Below the pieces are notes generated by a model that was not told the origin of the DNA, ran no database searches, and saw only the letters and a program-made list of their open reading frames with translations. A program made the translations under genes and the position numbers. From NCBI GenBank assembly GCA_031370645.1, contig JANMQV010000059.1, positions 1 to 24,761 of the forward strand: a stretch of 24,761 nt of DNA, given 5' to 3'. This stretch comes from Candidatus Eiseniibacteriota bacterium (GTDB taxonomy: Bacteria > Eisenbacteria > RBG-16-71-46 > SZUA-252). Positions 1-8,246 of the stretch are shown here, piece by piece. Position 1 is the first letter of the stretch, and every line of letters starts with the position of its first letter.

Positions 1-541
1 CGAAGACATAGAGGACGCGGAAAGTAGCGGTAGGGACGGTGAAGAAGTCGATCGAGGCGATCGCCGTTGCGTGGTTCTTCAGAAACGTCCGCCAGGTCTG
101 GGACGGCGGTCTCCTTTCGCGGGGCATGTACCTCGACACGGTGACTTGGGCCACGTCGAGACCGAGTTTGAGCATCTCTCCGTGGATGCGTGGCGCACCC
201 CAGAGCGGGTTCTCGTGCGCCATGCGCCGGACGAGGTTGCGGATCTCATGAGAGGTGCGCGGCCGTCCCCGGTGTCGACTCTTCCACCTCCAATAGAGGC
301 GGAATCCCTGGCGGTGCCACCGGACGACCGTCTCGGGACGAACGATCGTGAGGGACTTGCGCCAGTCCCTCCAGATGCGGGAAAGAACGACCCAGAAGAG
401 GCGGTCGCGTTTCCTCAGGTGGAACCTGGAACGAAGACGTTGCAGGACATAGAGTTGGTGGTGCAGAGCGAGGTTTTCGAGCACCAGGGCATGTCGGGAT
501 CGGAATATCGACCCGAGCAGGCGTATCATGATTTTGAGCAT
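1..541 (-). CDS. rve/integrase-core-domain DDE transposase (family A), N-terminal 180 aa, runs off the left edge
   Basis: Not in the ORF track because it has no stop in the window. Manual translation from ATG at 541: MLKIMIRLLGSIFRSRHALVLENLALHHQL...DRLFWVVLSRIW...VRPETVVRWHRQGFRLYWRWKSR...ENPLWGAPRIHGEMLKLG...SQTWRTFLKNHA...IDFFTVPTATFRVLYVF. These motifs are typical of this transposase family, and IDFF contains the first catalytic Asp. Confidence 0.92.
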   Translation of the reverse strand, partial: MLKIMIRLLGSIFRSRHALVLENLALHHQLYVLQRLRSRFHLRKRDRLFWVVLSRIWRDWRKSLTIVRPETVVRWHRQGFRLYWRWKSRHRGRPRTSHEIRNLVRRMAHENPLWGAPRIHGEMLKLGLDVAQVTVSRYMPRERRPPSQTWRTFLKNHATAIASIDFFTVPTATFRVLYVF

Positions 542-611
542 CGAACGACGCTACCGGGCAGTGGCGCCAACTGCAAGGATGGCAAGGCGGACGGAATTTT
601 GAGAAGGGACA
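542..611 (-). mobile_element. Left end (IRL region) of the family A element
   Basis: Lies just upstream of the transposase start. The terminus reads TGTCCCTTCTCAAAATTCCGTCCGC on the minus strand (611-587). It recurs at 7402-7424, 7425-7473, 10354-10378 and 12670-12694, and inverted at 1647-1671. Confidence 0.8.
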
Positions 612-671
612 GCTGTCTATTGAGCTTACGAATCGGTGACCGCGAGGCCCGTCCTCGCAATAGGAGGCCGT

Positions 672-1127
672 ATGGTCAAGCGCGCGATCGTTGCGTTCCT
701 CGCTTGTAGCTCGATTCTTCTGGTGTCCCGTGCGTACGCCCAGCCTATGCCGGAATCCCTACTCCGCCTGAAGCCGAGCGCGAACCTGCGCGTTGAAACC
801 ACGTCCCATCAGAAGATCGAGGGCCGGTTTCTCCGGGCCACGGGCGATACGCTCTTCCTGTCCGCTCAGGGAGCTGAAACTGCCGTGCCCTTGCGTGAGC
901 TGCACGGGCTCTGGAAGCGCGGCAGAGCCACCAAGACGGGCGCCATCGTCGTCGGCGCCATAGTGGGCATCGGATTTGGTGTCATTGCCGCGGGGGGAGG
1001 GCTTAATCCAGATACTCGCAGCAATGGCTCTCCCGTGGCCGCGTTCATCGTCGGCGCGGCGGCTGGTTCCCTGGTCGGGGCGCTGATCGGCGCCGCGATT
1101 CCGAAGTGGCACCGCCGCTATCCATGA
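672..1127 (+). CDS. Exported/membrane hypothetical protein with a C-terminal glycine-zipper-like hydrophobic region
   Basis: AGGAGG RBS at 662-667, ATG at 672, signal peptide ending AYA-Q, GxxxG-rich helices (GAIVVGAIVGIGFG; GAAAGSLVGALIGAA). Confidence 0.75.
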   Translation: MVKRAIVAFLACSSILLVSRAYAQPMPESLLRLKPSANLRVETTSHQKIEGRFLRATGDTLFLSAQGAETAVPLRELHGLWKRGRATKTGAIVVGAIVGIGFGVIAAGGGLNPDTRSNGSPVAAFIVGAAAGSLVGALIGAAIPKWHRRYP

Positions 1128-1612
1128 TGCGCGGCTGGTGGGTTGCCGTAGTCTGCCTGGGATTCGGTGTCGTACCAGCGGCCGCTCAGCAGACTGGTTC
1201 CGTGGGTATCCAGGGCGGCCTCAGTACTTCCGGGCCGGCCCTCGCCGGCACGGCAAACCTCCTGGCGGAGTTCGGCTCGTTCGGCATTGGCCCTGAAGTG
1301 GGGGTGTCTGGTCTGGGTGATGGCGCGAAGGCGTGGCACGTCGGGGGCACGTTCGGACTTGGCGCGTCTACTGGAAGGATCCGTCCCCATGGCGCTGTGG
1401 GCGTTGCGCGCTACTCGTGGAACATGTGCGCCGGCTGCGCGTCGCTTGGCTTGCTCGGCATTTCCATCGGCGCGGGCGCGGCGCTGGTCCGTCCACCGTC
1501 CGGGCTATCGCTGGAGACCGAGTTACGGTGGCATCGCCAGCTGCAGAGGGTCGGCGCATCGAAGACGATGAGCTTCGTGACAGTGACGCTCGGACCGACG
1601 TTGCACTGGTGA
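1124..1612 (+). CDS. Putative small outer-membrane beta-barrel protein
   Basis: ATGA overlap with the upstream gene, signal peptide ending AAA-Q, alternating Gly/hydrophobic strands, C-terminal strand VTVTLGPTLHW ending in an aromatic residue. Confidence 0.65.
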   Translation: MMRGWWVAVVCLGFGVVPAAAQQTGSVGIQGGLSTSGPALAGTANLLAEFGSFGIGPEVGVSGLGDGAKAWHVGGTFGLGASTGRIRPHGAVGVARYSWNMCAGCASLGLLGISIGAGAALVRPPSGLSLETELRWHRQLQRVGASKTMSFVTVTLGPTLHW

Positions 1613-1646
1613 GTTGTGGGCGTCGCGCGAGCGTGTCCCGTCTGCC

Positions 1647-1748
1647 TGTCCCTTCTCATAAATCCATCCGCATGCGAAAAGACCTCATCCGGGCCTGATC
1701 AGGGCCCCGAACCGTGGATGTCCTCGGCATCGGGAGCGGAGACTTTTC
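1647..1748 (-). mobile_element. Probable right end (IRR plus subterminal sequence) of the family A element
   Basis: TGTCCCTTCTCATAAATCCATCCGC (1647-1671) is an inverted copy of 587-611. The following 1684-1748 is repeated at 12498-12561, next to another family A relic. Confidence 0.7.
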
Positions 1749-1860
1749 TCCGAATAGTGCGTGGCGAAGTGGAAGGACCGTGGGACATCAGGGCAGACGC
1801 TCGGCACGAAGCTCCGCCCGCTCGGCTCGAAGCTTCTTGCGCTTGACCCGTTCTCGTGGA

Positions 1861-1889
1861 CATCTCCGATCGAGTTTTCGGACACTTCG
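1861..1889 (+). repeat. Family B element right-end motif
   Basis: CATCTCCGATCGAGTTTTCGGACACTTCG; the same motif follows the transposase C-terminus YHRRAA* at 7474-7532 and 9461-9521. Confidence 0.75.
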
Positions 1890-1924
1890 GCCATGGCCGG
1901 CCGTCCACCAGTTGCCGCTGGTAT

Positions 1925-1955
1925 TTGCCACAAAAACAGTCTAGTTTTGTGGCAA
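1925..1955. promoter_or_regulatory. Inverted-repeat operator upstream of abiEi
   Basis: Perfect 11-bp arms TTGCCACAAAA-N9-TTTTGTGGCAA ending 5 bp before the ATG. AbiEi antitoxins are known to autorepress through promoter inverted repeats. Confidence 0.65.
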
Positions 1956-1960
1956 TATCT

Positions 1961-2581
1961 ATGAGCAAGCACCCCGGATCCATCGACAGCCTCGTCCTCC
2001 GGCACATCCGCAAGATGAAGCCGGGCAACATCTTCACGCCTGGTGATCTGGCTAGGCTGGGGCCGCGCACGGCGGTTGCCTCGGCCCTCTCCCGGCATCT
2101 CAAGGCAGGCACGGTGAGGCAGCCGGCGCGCGGCCTCTATCAGGTTCCGGAAACGCATCCCCTCCTGGGAGAACTGGCCGCATCACCGGACCGGATCGCC
2201 AACGCGCTGGCAGGAAAGCATCGCCTCAGGCTTCAGCCATCGGGAGCGTACGCCGCGAATCTGCTCGGCCTGTCCGACCAGGTGCCCCAACGGATTGTCT
2301 ACCTCACGGACGGAACCCCGAGGCAGGTACGGATCGGAAAGCAGCAGATCGTACTTCGTCGCACCACCCCCCGGAACATGGCAACAGCGGGCCGCATCAG
2401 CGGCCTGGTCATTCAGGCATTGCGACACCTCGGCCGGCGCAACGTGGACCGGACGGTGATCGAGAAACTGCGGAAGCGGATCGGCCCCAGGGAGCGCGCC
2501 CAACTGCTCGCGGACGCGCCACTGGCGCCGGCGTGGATCAGTGAGCTGATGCGCGAGATCGCCCGCGGGACTAGGCGCTAG
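1961..2581 (+). CDS. abiEi: Type IV TA antitoxin, AbiEi-like (DUF6088 family)
   Basis: N-terminal wHTH (FTPGDL...ALSRHLKAGTVRQPARGLY) and SGAYAANLLGLSDQVP...YLTDG motif; directly upstream of AbiEii. Confidence 0.88.
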   Translation: MSKHPGSIDSLVLRHIRKMKPGNIFTPGDLARLGPRTAVASALSRHLKAGTVRQPARGLYQVPETHPLLGELAASPDRIANALAGKHRLRLQPSGAYAANLLGLSDQVPQRIVYLTDGTPRQVRIGKQQIVLRRTTPRNMATAGRISGLVIQALRHLGRRNVDRTVIEKLRKRIGPRERAQLLADAPLAPAWISELMREIARGTRR

Positions 2582-3607
2582 GTGAACCGGTTTCTGCTGC
2601 TCTCGCCCCACGATCGCGCGCGGGCATTCGAACAGGCTGCGGCAAGCCGCGGACTATCACCCGGGAGCGTGGAGAAGGACTTCTGGGTCTGCCTCATGCT
2701 CCGGGAACTGTTCACCCTGCCGGAACATGGTGAGCACCTCACGTTCAAGGGTGGGACCTCACTCTCCAAGGCATGGGGACTCATCGACCGCTTCTCCGAA
2801 GACCTCGATCTGACGATCGGGCGAGACACCCTGGGCTTTGGCGGCGACGACGGACCGGAAGCGGCAGGCAGCGGGAACGAGCAACGCCGACGGATTGAAG
2901 GGCTCAAGCAGGCCTGCCGGGACGTGGTTGCCCAACGGATCATGCCTGCACTAACCGCGCGAATGAGGGCGCTGCTTGCCCCGCATGAGTCCTGGAGCAT
3001 CACTTCCGATGACGAAGACCCCGATGCCCAGACATTACTATTCGGCTACCCGCGACTCGGGGCGACGACGACACCTTCCTATGTGAACCCGCTCGTGAAG
3101 CTCGAATTCGGCGCTCGATCCGATCCCTGGCCGGTCGAGGCGCGCCAGGTGACGCCCATCGTTGCCGAGGAATTTCCGCGGTTGTTCGACTCCCCCGCAT
3201 GCACAGTTCGAGCGCTGCTGCCCGAACGCACTTTCTGGGAGAAGGTCATGCTGCTCCACGAGGAAAGGTTCCGACCGGCGGGCAGGGCGCGACGGCCGCG
3301 GATTGCCCGTCACTACTACGACGTCTGGCGGCTAATCGAAGCAGGGGTCGCTGCGAGAGCCACCGCCGATCTGACGCTCTTCAAACAAGTCGCGGCGCAT
3401 CGCAGGGTGTACTTCCGGCAGGGTTGGGTGGACTACACCACGCTGAAGCGCGGAACGATCCAGATGCTGCCGCCGCCGGAACAGGTCGAGGAATGGCACC
3501 GGGACTATTCCGCCATGCAAGGGGATATGTTTGTCGGCCCCGCCCCGGGATTCGAGGAGATCCTGGCGAAGATCACGATCTTCCAATCGGAGTTCAATTC
3601 GGCATGA
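2582..3607 (+). CDS. abiEii: Type IV TA toxin, AbiEii/AbiGii nucleotidyltransferase
   Basis: VEKDFWV, FKGGTSLSKAWGLIDRFSEDLDL, ERTFWEK and RHYYD motifs; GTG start abuts the abiEi stop. Confidence 0.92.
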   Translation: MNRFLLLSPHDRARAFEQAAASRGLSPGSVEKDFWVCLMLRELFTLPEHGEHLTFKGGTSLSKAWGLIDRFSEDLDLTIGRDTLGFGGDDGPEAAGSGNEQRRRIEGLKQACRDVVAQRIMPALTARMRALLAPHESWSITSDDEDPDAQTLLFGYPRLGATTTPSYVNPLVKLEFGARSDPWPVEARQVTPIVAEEFPRLFDSPACTVRALLPERTFWEKVMLLHEERFRPAGRARRPRIARHYYDVWRLIEAGVAARATADLTLFKQVAAHRRVYFRQGWVDYTTLKRGTIQMLPPPEQVEEWHRDYSAMQGDMFVGPAPGFEEILAKITIFQSEFNSA

Positions 3608-3702
3608 GCCTGTTTGCCGTCCTCCAGCCCGAATGGCCGGGCGGCTTCGAGGCTGGAGCTAGGCTGGGGCACTGCGTGGCGGATCCCCTCGGCCATCGGT
3701 AG

Positions 3703-3818
3703 GAGTTCGAACAGGGTTACGTTTGGGGAGCCAGATGACGAATCGCGAACTTTCGGGTTCGCGTTGATACGCGGGACCCTGGGGGCGAAAGCCGCTGGGG
3801 TCTTGGCGTATGTGGGCC
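3703..3818 (+). repeat. Structured repeat C, copy 1 (tRNA-like 3' end plus two hairpins)
   Basis: GAGTTCGAACAGGGTTACGTTTGGGGAGCCA, hairpin CGCGAAC-TTTCGG-GTTCGCG (3744-3763), long hairpin with GAAA loop (3769-3809). Homologous to 8247-8362 and 18181-18290. Confidence 0.85.
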
Positions 3819-3842
3819 GGGATCGAATTACCTATCCTACAG

Positions 3843-3995
3843 CTACTGGGGCCGTTGATGGTCGCCCTTGGCGCGCCACTTGAGGATCGTGGCTCGCACC
3901 CGCTCCGCCATCCGTACCTTCTCCGACCAGGAGAGATCCTTCCGCGCTTTCTGCCAGAGTGCTTGTCGCTTCAACAGGTCGTGCGTATCACTCAT
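3843..3995 (-). CDS. Small (50 aa) partner of the upstream nucleotidyltransferase
   Basis: MSDTHDLLKRQALWQKARKDLSWSEKVRMAERVRATILKWRAKGDHQRPQ. Its ATG overlaps the stop of 3992-4498 (ATGA), and its 3' end is duplicated at 13649-13728. Confidence 0.65.
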   Translation of the reverse strand: MSDTHDLLKRQALWQKARKDLSWSEKVRMAERVRATILKWRAKGDHQRPQ

Positions 3996-4498
3996 GTTAG
4001 AAACCTGCTTTCGAAGCGCTGCCACGCCTCCGCGAGTCCATGCCGCGCGGCGAGGGCGGCGATGTCTTCTCGGGTGATGCTGCCGGCCTCCAGCAACGCC
4101 ACGATGCGAGTGTAGTCCTTGGCGCGTCCCACACTCAGGGCGATGACCGCCAGGTATTCCGCGCGGACCACTCGGAGAGGCACGCCTTCGAAGTCGGCGG
4201 TGTCGGCATGATCGACCGCCTCTTGGGTAAGTGGGCTGAATATCGGCACGAATTGGGTCGGCCACGCACCCACCTGGACGGCCTCCCCTTCCGGGCGCCA
4301 TCCGCGCGCAGCACAAAACTCGTAGATGTCGCTGAGTACATCAAGTCGCTCCGTATCAGGCACGGAGACGAGGACGTCGGCATCCAGTGTCGCGACCGGT
4401 TCCGTGTACCGCATTTGTGCGACCGCTCCGAACAATGCATACTCCTGGATCACTCCAGCCTGCCGCATTTCGTTGAGCAGCTGAGCCAGTTCCTTCAT
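3992..4498 (-). CDS. Pol-beta superfamily nucleotidyltransferase-like protein
   Basis: YALFGAVA...EPVATLDADVLV (G-x-x-A...T-x-D-x-D) and C-terminal GRAKD motif. Confidence 0.8.
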   Translation of the reverse strand: MKELAQLLNEMRQAGVIQEYALFGAVAQMRYTEPVATLDADVLVSVPDTERLDVLSDIYEFCAARGWRPEGEAVQVGAWPTQFVPIFSPLTQEAVDHADTADFEGVPLRVVRAEYLAVIALSVGRAKDYTRIVALLEAGSITREDIAALAARHGLAEAWQRFESRFLT

Positions 4499-4633
4499 GG
4501 GAGCAGCCTACCCAAAGTGAAGGGCGTCACCTTGCGGACATTGGCGGAAGGGAGCATGACGCAGGAGTCTAACTGCCCGGGAGCCGCCTGTCAGCACTCA
4601 GGGTGAGGGCACTGAACATCAGCACTACAACGT

Positions 4634-4655
4634 GATCTAGTCTTCGGACACTTCG
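4634..4655 (+). repeat. Family B element right-end motif (degenerate)
   Basis: GATCTAGTCTTCGGACACTTCG, ending 2 bp from the kinase stop codon. Confidence 0.6.
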
Positions 4656-4657
4656 CG

Positions 4658-7183
4658 CTAGAAGAGTCCCTCCACAACATACAAATCATTCAGTCGCTGC
4701 GAGTAGGAGTAGGCGTAGCCCTGCTCATCGTCCGTCATGCGGATGCCGGTCAACCCTTCGACGCCGGTCGCGTCGGACGGGCTTAGCTCTCTCCAAAGCT
4801 TTCGCTCCCCGGTCGCCAGGTCGATGCGATGAACTTTGGAAGGCAGCTCGCCGCGCGTGAAGGCGAAGACGGCAGAGCCGTCCTTGCTCCAACGAATGGG
4901 GCGATCGTTGAGGGCGAAGCCCTTGAGCGGAACGGGAGTGCCGCCCCCGACGGGGAAGAGCAGCATGGTCAGATCGGGTCCGCGCGCCGCGGCAAACTGC
5001 CCGTCGGGGGAAACCAATAGGTCGGTCGAGCTGATCCCACCCTCCGTGAATGGCTCGCACTTCCCGGTAACGGAATCAACTTTGTAGAGCCGCGTCCCGA
5101 GATCGGGCTCCTGCCCCATCACGCAAAGCGTTTCTCCATCGGGGAACCAGACCGCGTGGTGCACGTCGAGCCTCTCGAGAGGAATTGTCCGCGCCGTTCC
5201 GGCACCGCAAGGAAGCAGGTCGAGCCGCGTAGGCGCGTATCCCACGCCGGCGAGCGCCCACTGACCATCTGGCGAGAGGGCAAAGCAGGCGCCGTCGCCC
5301 AGACGGATCGCGGGCGACCCGTCGGTGCCGCGCAGGTAGATTGAGTGATGCTCGCCGCCCCCGACGCCCGTTTCGTCGAATAGAATCCGCGAGCCATCGG
5401 GGGAAAGCGCACGGACGAGCGTCCAGTCGAGCCACGTCAAGTCGTGCGTGGCGGCTTCGCCGTGCAAATATTGCGTCCGGGCCCGCTCGTTCTCGAGGAT
5501 GACCAAGGCGGCGCCCTGACGCGAGACGTCGAACAGGGTCATATGGCCGGGTACTTCGAGAATCGGGCGTTCTTGTCCGGATAGGGAGACCGCGTAGAGA
5601 GACCTGCCGACGCCTGTCTTGAACGCGGTGAAGACGATCTCGTCTCCCTCGGGAGACCACGCCAGTCCGCGTGCGCTCTGCCAGCCGGTGGAGAGCTTCG
5701 TGACCACGCCCTCCGTATCGACCACTGTCGCCGTGCCCATGTCGTCGCCGCGGGTCGGATGATCGAGGAACGCGACGCGCTTTCCGTCGCGCGAGACACG
5801 CATGTGGCTCACCCAACCGGTCGTCTGGTAGAGGAGGGTCCCCATGGGGTACTCGACGCGAGTCAAGCCCGCTTCCTCGCGCGATACGGCGAGATGGCGC
5901 CCATCGGGGCTCCAGTCGGCTTCGTAAACGTCGTTGAGAAGTTCGCGGGGCGCGCCACCGCCTACCGGCATTCTCGCGAGCATCCCGGTATAGAGGAATC
6001 CGCCGCGAGCGTGGCGGCGAAGCGAGACCGCCATCTCGCCGGTGAGCGAAATCGCGAGGAGGTCGGTCTTGGGATATCCGAGCGCTCGTGACTCCGGATT
6101 TCCTGGATAGGCCCAAAAGAGTTCCACGTTCCGGCCTTCCCAAGCGGCCCCGTAACAGACGCCTTGGCCGTCGGGCGCGAAACGGGCTGAGAGGATGGAG
6201 CCTTCGCGGTAGGTCGTGCGGCGAAACGTGTGTCGGCGGGAACTCGGAATGAGAGCCGCCCCCTCGGTCGTCGCGCTCTCCGCGGTTGTGCCGACCCCGC
6301 GTTGTCCCGCCGTCGCCGCAGACCGCACCATGGAGAGGGAGAACGCGAGGTCGTTCGCCGAATCGAAGCGGTCGTCGGCGCGCTTTTCGAGGCAATGCGC
6401 GAGTACCGCCGAGACACCCGGAAGCGCTCCCTCGATCTCCGCGGAGAGCGCCTTCGGATCCGCCATCAGAATGGCGCTCATCCGGTCGGCATGGCTTTCG
6501 CCTTCGAACGCGCGTCGACCGGTCAGCATCTCGTAGAACATGGAACCGAGGGCGAAGAGGTCCGTGCGATGGTCGACCGGCAGCTCCCGAATCTGCTCGG
6601 GCGACATGTACGAGGCGGTGCCGAGAATCATACCGGTGGCCGTGAGCTGCGTCTGGATTGGCCCCGTCTTGTCGCGATCGGAGGGACCAGGTTCCCCGAC
6701 CAGGATCTTGGCGAGTCCGAAATCGAGAATCTTCACGTGGTCGCCGCTCACGATCATGACGTTCTCGGGCTTCAAGTCGCGATGGGCGATCCCCTTCGCG
6801 TGCGCGGCGGCGAGTCCCTTGGCAATTTGGATCGCATACCCCAGCGCCCGACGGGGCAGGAGGGGCCCGGCTGTGATCGGAGCGCGGAGGTCTTCGCCGG
6901 CTAGGAGCTCGGAGACGATGTAGGGGATGTCTCCTTCGGTGCCGACGTCATAGATGGCGATGATGTTCGGGTGGCTCAGCTGCCCCGCGGCGCGCGCCTC
7001 GCGCTGAAAGCGTTTTAGGCGGTCGGGATCCGAGACGAACGTGCGGGGGAGGACTTTGACGGCCACATCCCGCCCCAGCCGCCCGTCGCGAGCGCGATAG
7101 ACTTCGCCCATGCCGCCGGCGCCGAGGAGACCCTGTATTTCATAGGGGCCGAGCCGGGTGCCGGGGGCGAGGGCGGGGCTCAT
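4658..7183 (-). CDS. Hanks-type Ser/Thr protein kinase with C-terminal TolB-like/PD40 beta-propeller repeats
   Basis: GAGGMGEVY, VAVK, HRDLKPEN, DFG and YMSPEQ motifs, followed by repeated (W/L)SPDG motifs. Confidence 0.95.
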   Translation of the reverse strand: MSPALAPGTRLGPYEIQGLLGAGGMGEVYRARDGRLGRDVAVKVLPRTFVSDPDRLKRFQREARAAGQLSHPNIIAIYDVGTEGDIPYIVSELLAGEDLRAPITAGPLLPRRALGYAIQIAKGLAAAHAKGIAHRDLKPENVMIVSGDHVKILDFGLAKILVGEPGPSDRDKTGPIQTQLTATGMILGTASYMSPEQIRELPVDHRTDLFALGSMFYEMLTGRRAFEGESHADRMSAILMADPKALSAEIEGALPGVSAVLAHCLEKRADDRFDSANDLAFSLSMVRSAATAGQRGVGTTAESATTEGAALIPSSRRHTFRRTTYREGSILSARFAPDGQGVCYGAAWEGRNVELFWAYPGNPESRALGYPKTDLLAISLTGEMAVSLRRHARGGFLYTGMLARMPVGGGAPRELLNDVYEADWSPDGRHLAVSREEAGLTRVEYPMGTLLYQTTGWVSHMRVSRDGKRVAFLDHPTRGDDMGTATVVDTEGVVTKLSTGWQSARGLAWSPEGDEIVFTAFKTGVGRSLYAVSLSGQERPILEVPGHMTLFDVSRQGAALVILENERARTQYLHGEAATHDLTWLDWTLVRALSPDGSRILFDETGVGGGEHHSIYLRGTDGSPAIRLGDGACFALSPDGQWALAGVGYAPTRLDLLPCGAGTARTIPLERLDVHHAVWFPDGETLCVMGQEPDLGTRLYKVDSVTGKCEPFTEGGISSTDLLVSPDGQFAAARGPDLTMLLFPVGGGTPVPLKGFALNDRPIRWSKDGSAVFAFTRGELPSKVHRIDLATGERKLWRELSPSDATGVEGLTGIRMTDDEQGYAYSYSQRLNDLYVVEGLF

Positions 7184-7237
7184 GCGGGGCGAGTTCTCCA
7201 GGGTGCGATGGGCCTAGGAAAGGAACGGCGACTCCAC

Positions 7238-7246
7238 ATTATAGCA
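7238..7246 (-). promoter_or_regulatory. Extended -10 promoter for the kinase gene
   Basis: The minus strand reads TGCTATAAT (perfect TGnTATAAT) about 55 bp upstream of the ATG, flanked by a GACTCC/GGAGTC inverted repeat (7230-7235, 7248-7253). Confidence 0.6.
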
Positions 7247-7378
7247 AGGAGTCACCGTTATCGCTCGCGTGCTGCACGGCTAACACTTGCCCTACGAGCC
7301 GGGGAGGTGGTGGCTCAAGACTTCGGGTCCCGGCGGAAAGGCCCGATCCGAACTCAGACCGACCTAGGCCCCTAGAGC

Positions 7379-7555
7379 AGTTCGAACATGGCTACGTTCG
7401 GGGACGGAATATCGAGAAGGCACAGGCGCCAACTGCAAGGACGGCAATGCGGACGGAATATTGAGAAGGGACAACTATCACCGGCGAGCGGCCTGAGAGA
7501 AAACATCTCCGATCGAGTTCTCGGACACAACCCGATCTACTTTTCGGACACTTCG
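7379..7555. mobile_element. Stack of five abutting element relics
   Basis: Partial repeat C (7379-7404), family A end (7402-7424), family A end (7425-7473), family B C-terminus YHRRAA* plus end (7474-7532), second family B end (7532-7555). Confidence 0.8.
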
Positions 7556-7567
7556 CCGCTGGTGGCT

Positions 7568-8050
7568 CTAGCGCTTCTCCTTCAATGTCCGCCGCAGAAC
7601 CGGGAGCACTGCACGGTCGGTCTCGCGGTTGAGGCGCTCCTTGATGGCGATGATTGTACGCAGGTCGAGAACCCGAACCCTCAGGCCGCCTTCGAGATCG
7701 AATAGATCGGAATGGGCGGCAAGCTCAGGGTAGCCCTCACCGGTCACGACCGCTCCCAGAACGTCCAACGGTCCGGCTCGGGTCATCAGCAAATGGTGCC
7801 CGGGCCCGCCCAGCCTCTGGCGATCAGGCGTGATCCGCACGTCCGGCTTCTCCCGATACCAAGCATCAAGATCCCGAAGCGCAGCCATCAGCCGATCGAG
7901 GTTGGTCTCTTCCCTCGAGTGCACGATGTCGAGATCGAACGTCGTGATCGGAGCACCCTGCAACGTGGCCGCGACGCCTCCCACGACGACCAGATCCACC
8001 TTGTGGCCGGCCAAGGCCTTGAGAATCGTCTCGAAATCAGTCGGCTGCAC
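7568..8050 (-). CDS. Pol-beta superfamily nucleotidyltransferase-like protein
   Basis: VVVGGVAATLQGAPITTFDLDIV motif, GPLDVLG, and KERLNRETD near the C-terminus; GTG start. Confidence 0.85.
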   Translation of the reverse strand: MQPTDFETILKALAGHKVDLVVVGGVAATLQGAPITTFDLDIVHSREETNLDRLMAALRDLDAWYREKPDVRITPDRQRLGGPGHHLLMTRAGPLDVLGAVVTGEGYPELAAHSDLFDLEGGLRVRVLDLRTIIAIKERLNRETDRAVLPVLRRTLKEKR

Positions 8051-8183
8051 GCCGCTCTCTGAGCCGGGAGATGGCGTTGACGGTGTCCTGGAGGACGCGG
8101 AGACGCTCCGCGGGGCTCAAGCTCAGGAACCATCGAATCAAGGACACGTCCACGCCGTCATTTCCTTCATCGCGCTCGGTCAT
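8037..8183 (-). CDS. Small (48 aa) protein upstream of the nucleotidyltransferase, putative antitoxin/partner
   Basis: Below the ORF-track cutoff. Manual translation MTERDEGNDGVDVSLIRWFLSLSPAERLRVLQDTVNAISRLRERRAAD*; overlaps the downstream start by 14 bp. Confidence 0.7.
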   Translation of the reverse strand: MTERDEGNDGVDVSLIRWFLSLSPAERLRVLQDTVNAISRLRERRAAD

Positions 8184-8246
8184 GCAGCCGAGTGTAGACC
8201 GCCCGAGCCCCTTCTGTCAGCAGTGAGGGTCGGGAAGGGAACTCGC

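Noticed and set aside
71-709. 212-aa plus-strand ORF (and the similar N-terminus of 10205-11332)
   Set aside because: It is the antisense shadow of the minus-strand transposase and its relic.
612-1646. Target-site duplications around bracketed cassettes
   Set aside because: Flanks at 612/1646, 9522/10123 and 12766/13524 show no convincing direct repeat.
5076-6904. Long alternative-frame ORFs over the kinase (also over the transporter and histidine kinase)
   Set aside because: These are Arg/Pro/Ala-rich shadow frames expected in high-GC DNA, overlapping well-supported genes.
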